Source of the DNA: Malacoraja senta
Lineage: Eukaryota
Direction: 5' to 3'
Assembly: GCA_038087875.1 (NCBI GenBank)
Contig: JAXLNO010000146.1
Location: 496,001-560,000 of the forward strand
Length of the DNA: 64,000 bases
Positions 63,901-64,000 of this stretch are shown here, in pieces; the stretch's first letter is position 1, and every line of letters begins with the position of its first letter. The translations under genes were made by a program, and so were the position numbers. Below the pieces are notes generated by a model that did no database searches, was not told the DNA's origin, and saw only the letters and a list, made by a program, of their open reading frames with translations.

Positions 63901-64000
63901 CAGACAAGGAACAGTCCCTGGGATAGGAGGATAGAGACTGGGGACAGACCAGAGGCACAGACCAAGAGGAGAGAGCCCTGTGGACACAGACCATGAGGCC

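Noticed and set aside
63013..63987. 324-aa Cys/Val-rich ORF and overlapping ORFs
   Set aside because: Translation of a minisatellite; only the last ~23 codons (leader exon) are credible.

Overview
Repeat-dense eukaryotic (vertebrate) DNA. The repeat families and gene types suggest a cartilaginous fish, probably a skate or ray (inference). There is no prokaryotic or CRISPR content. Host genes: one intact two-exon GPR139/GPR142-like class A GPCR (+, 54936-55005 joined to 57922-58868, 338 aa), a divergently oriented pseudogene paralog (-, 5780-5849 joined to 690-1573), a third GPCR 3' fragment (~13008-13300), a truncated TRIM-type B30.2/SPRY exon (-, 21882-22346), and at the right end a signal-peptide exon (-, 63021-63087) behind a CpG-island promoter with an MHC class I-type ISRE-S-X1-X2-Y module. 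I found no downstream exons for that gene. Most of the rest is nested transposons: CR1, L2, Rex/Babar, L1 and Tx1 LINEs; Penelope elements with hammerhead-ribozyme motifs; a decayed Gypsy LTR element; non-autonomous Helitrons carrying minisatellites; Harbinger-type MITEs; and SINEs. Also present: two orphan retroviral env fragments, a ~377-bp CpG-rich diverged tandem array, a base-precise inversion through a CR1/Helitron nest, and a 200-N assembly gap. Repeat boundaries are approximate unless junction bases are quoted. All calls are by eye; no searches were run.
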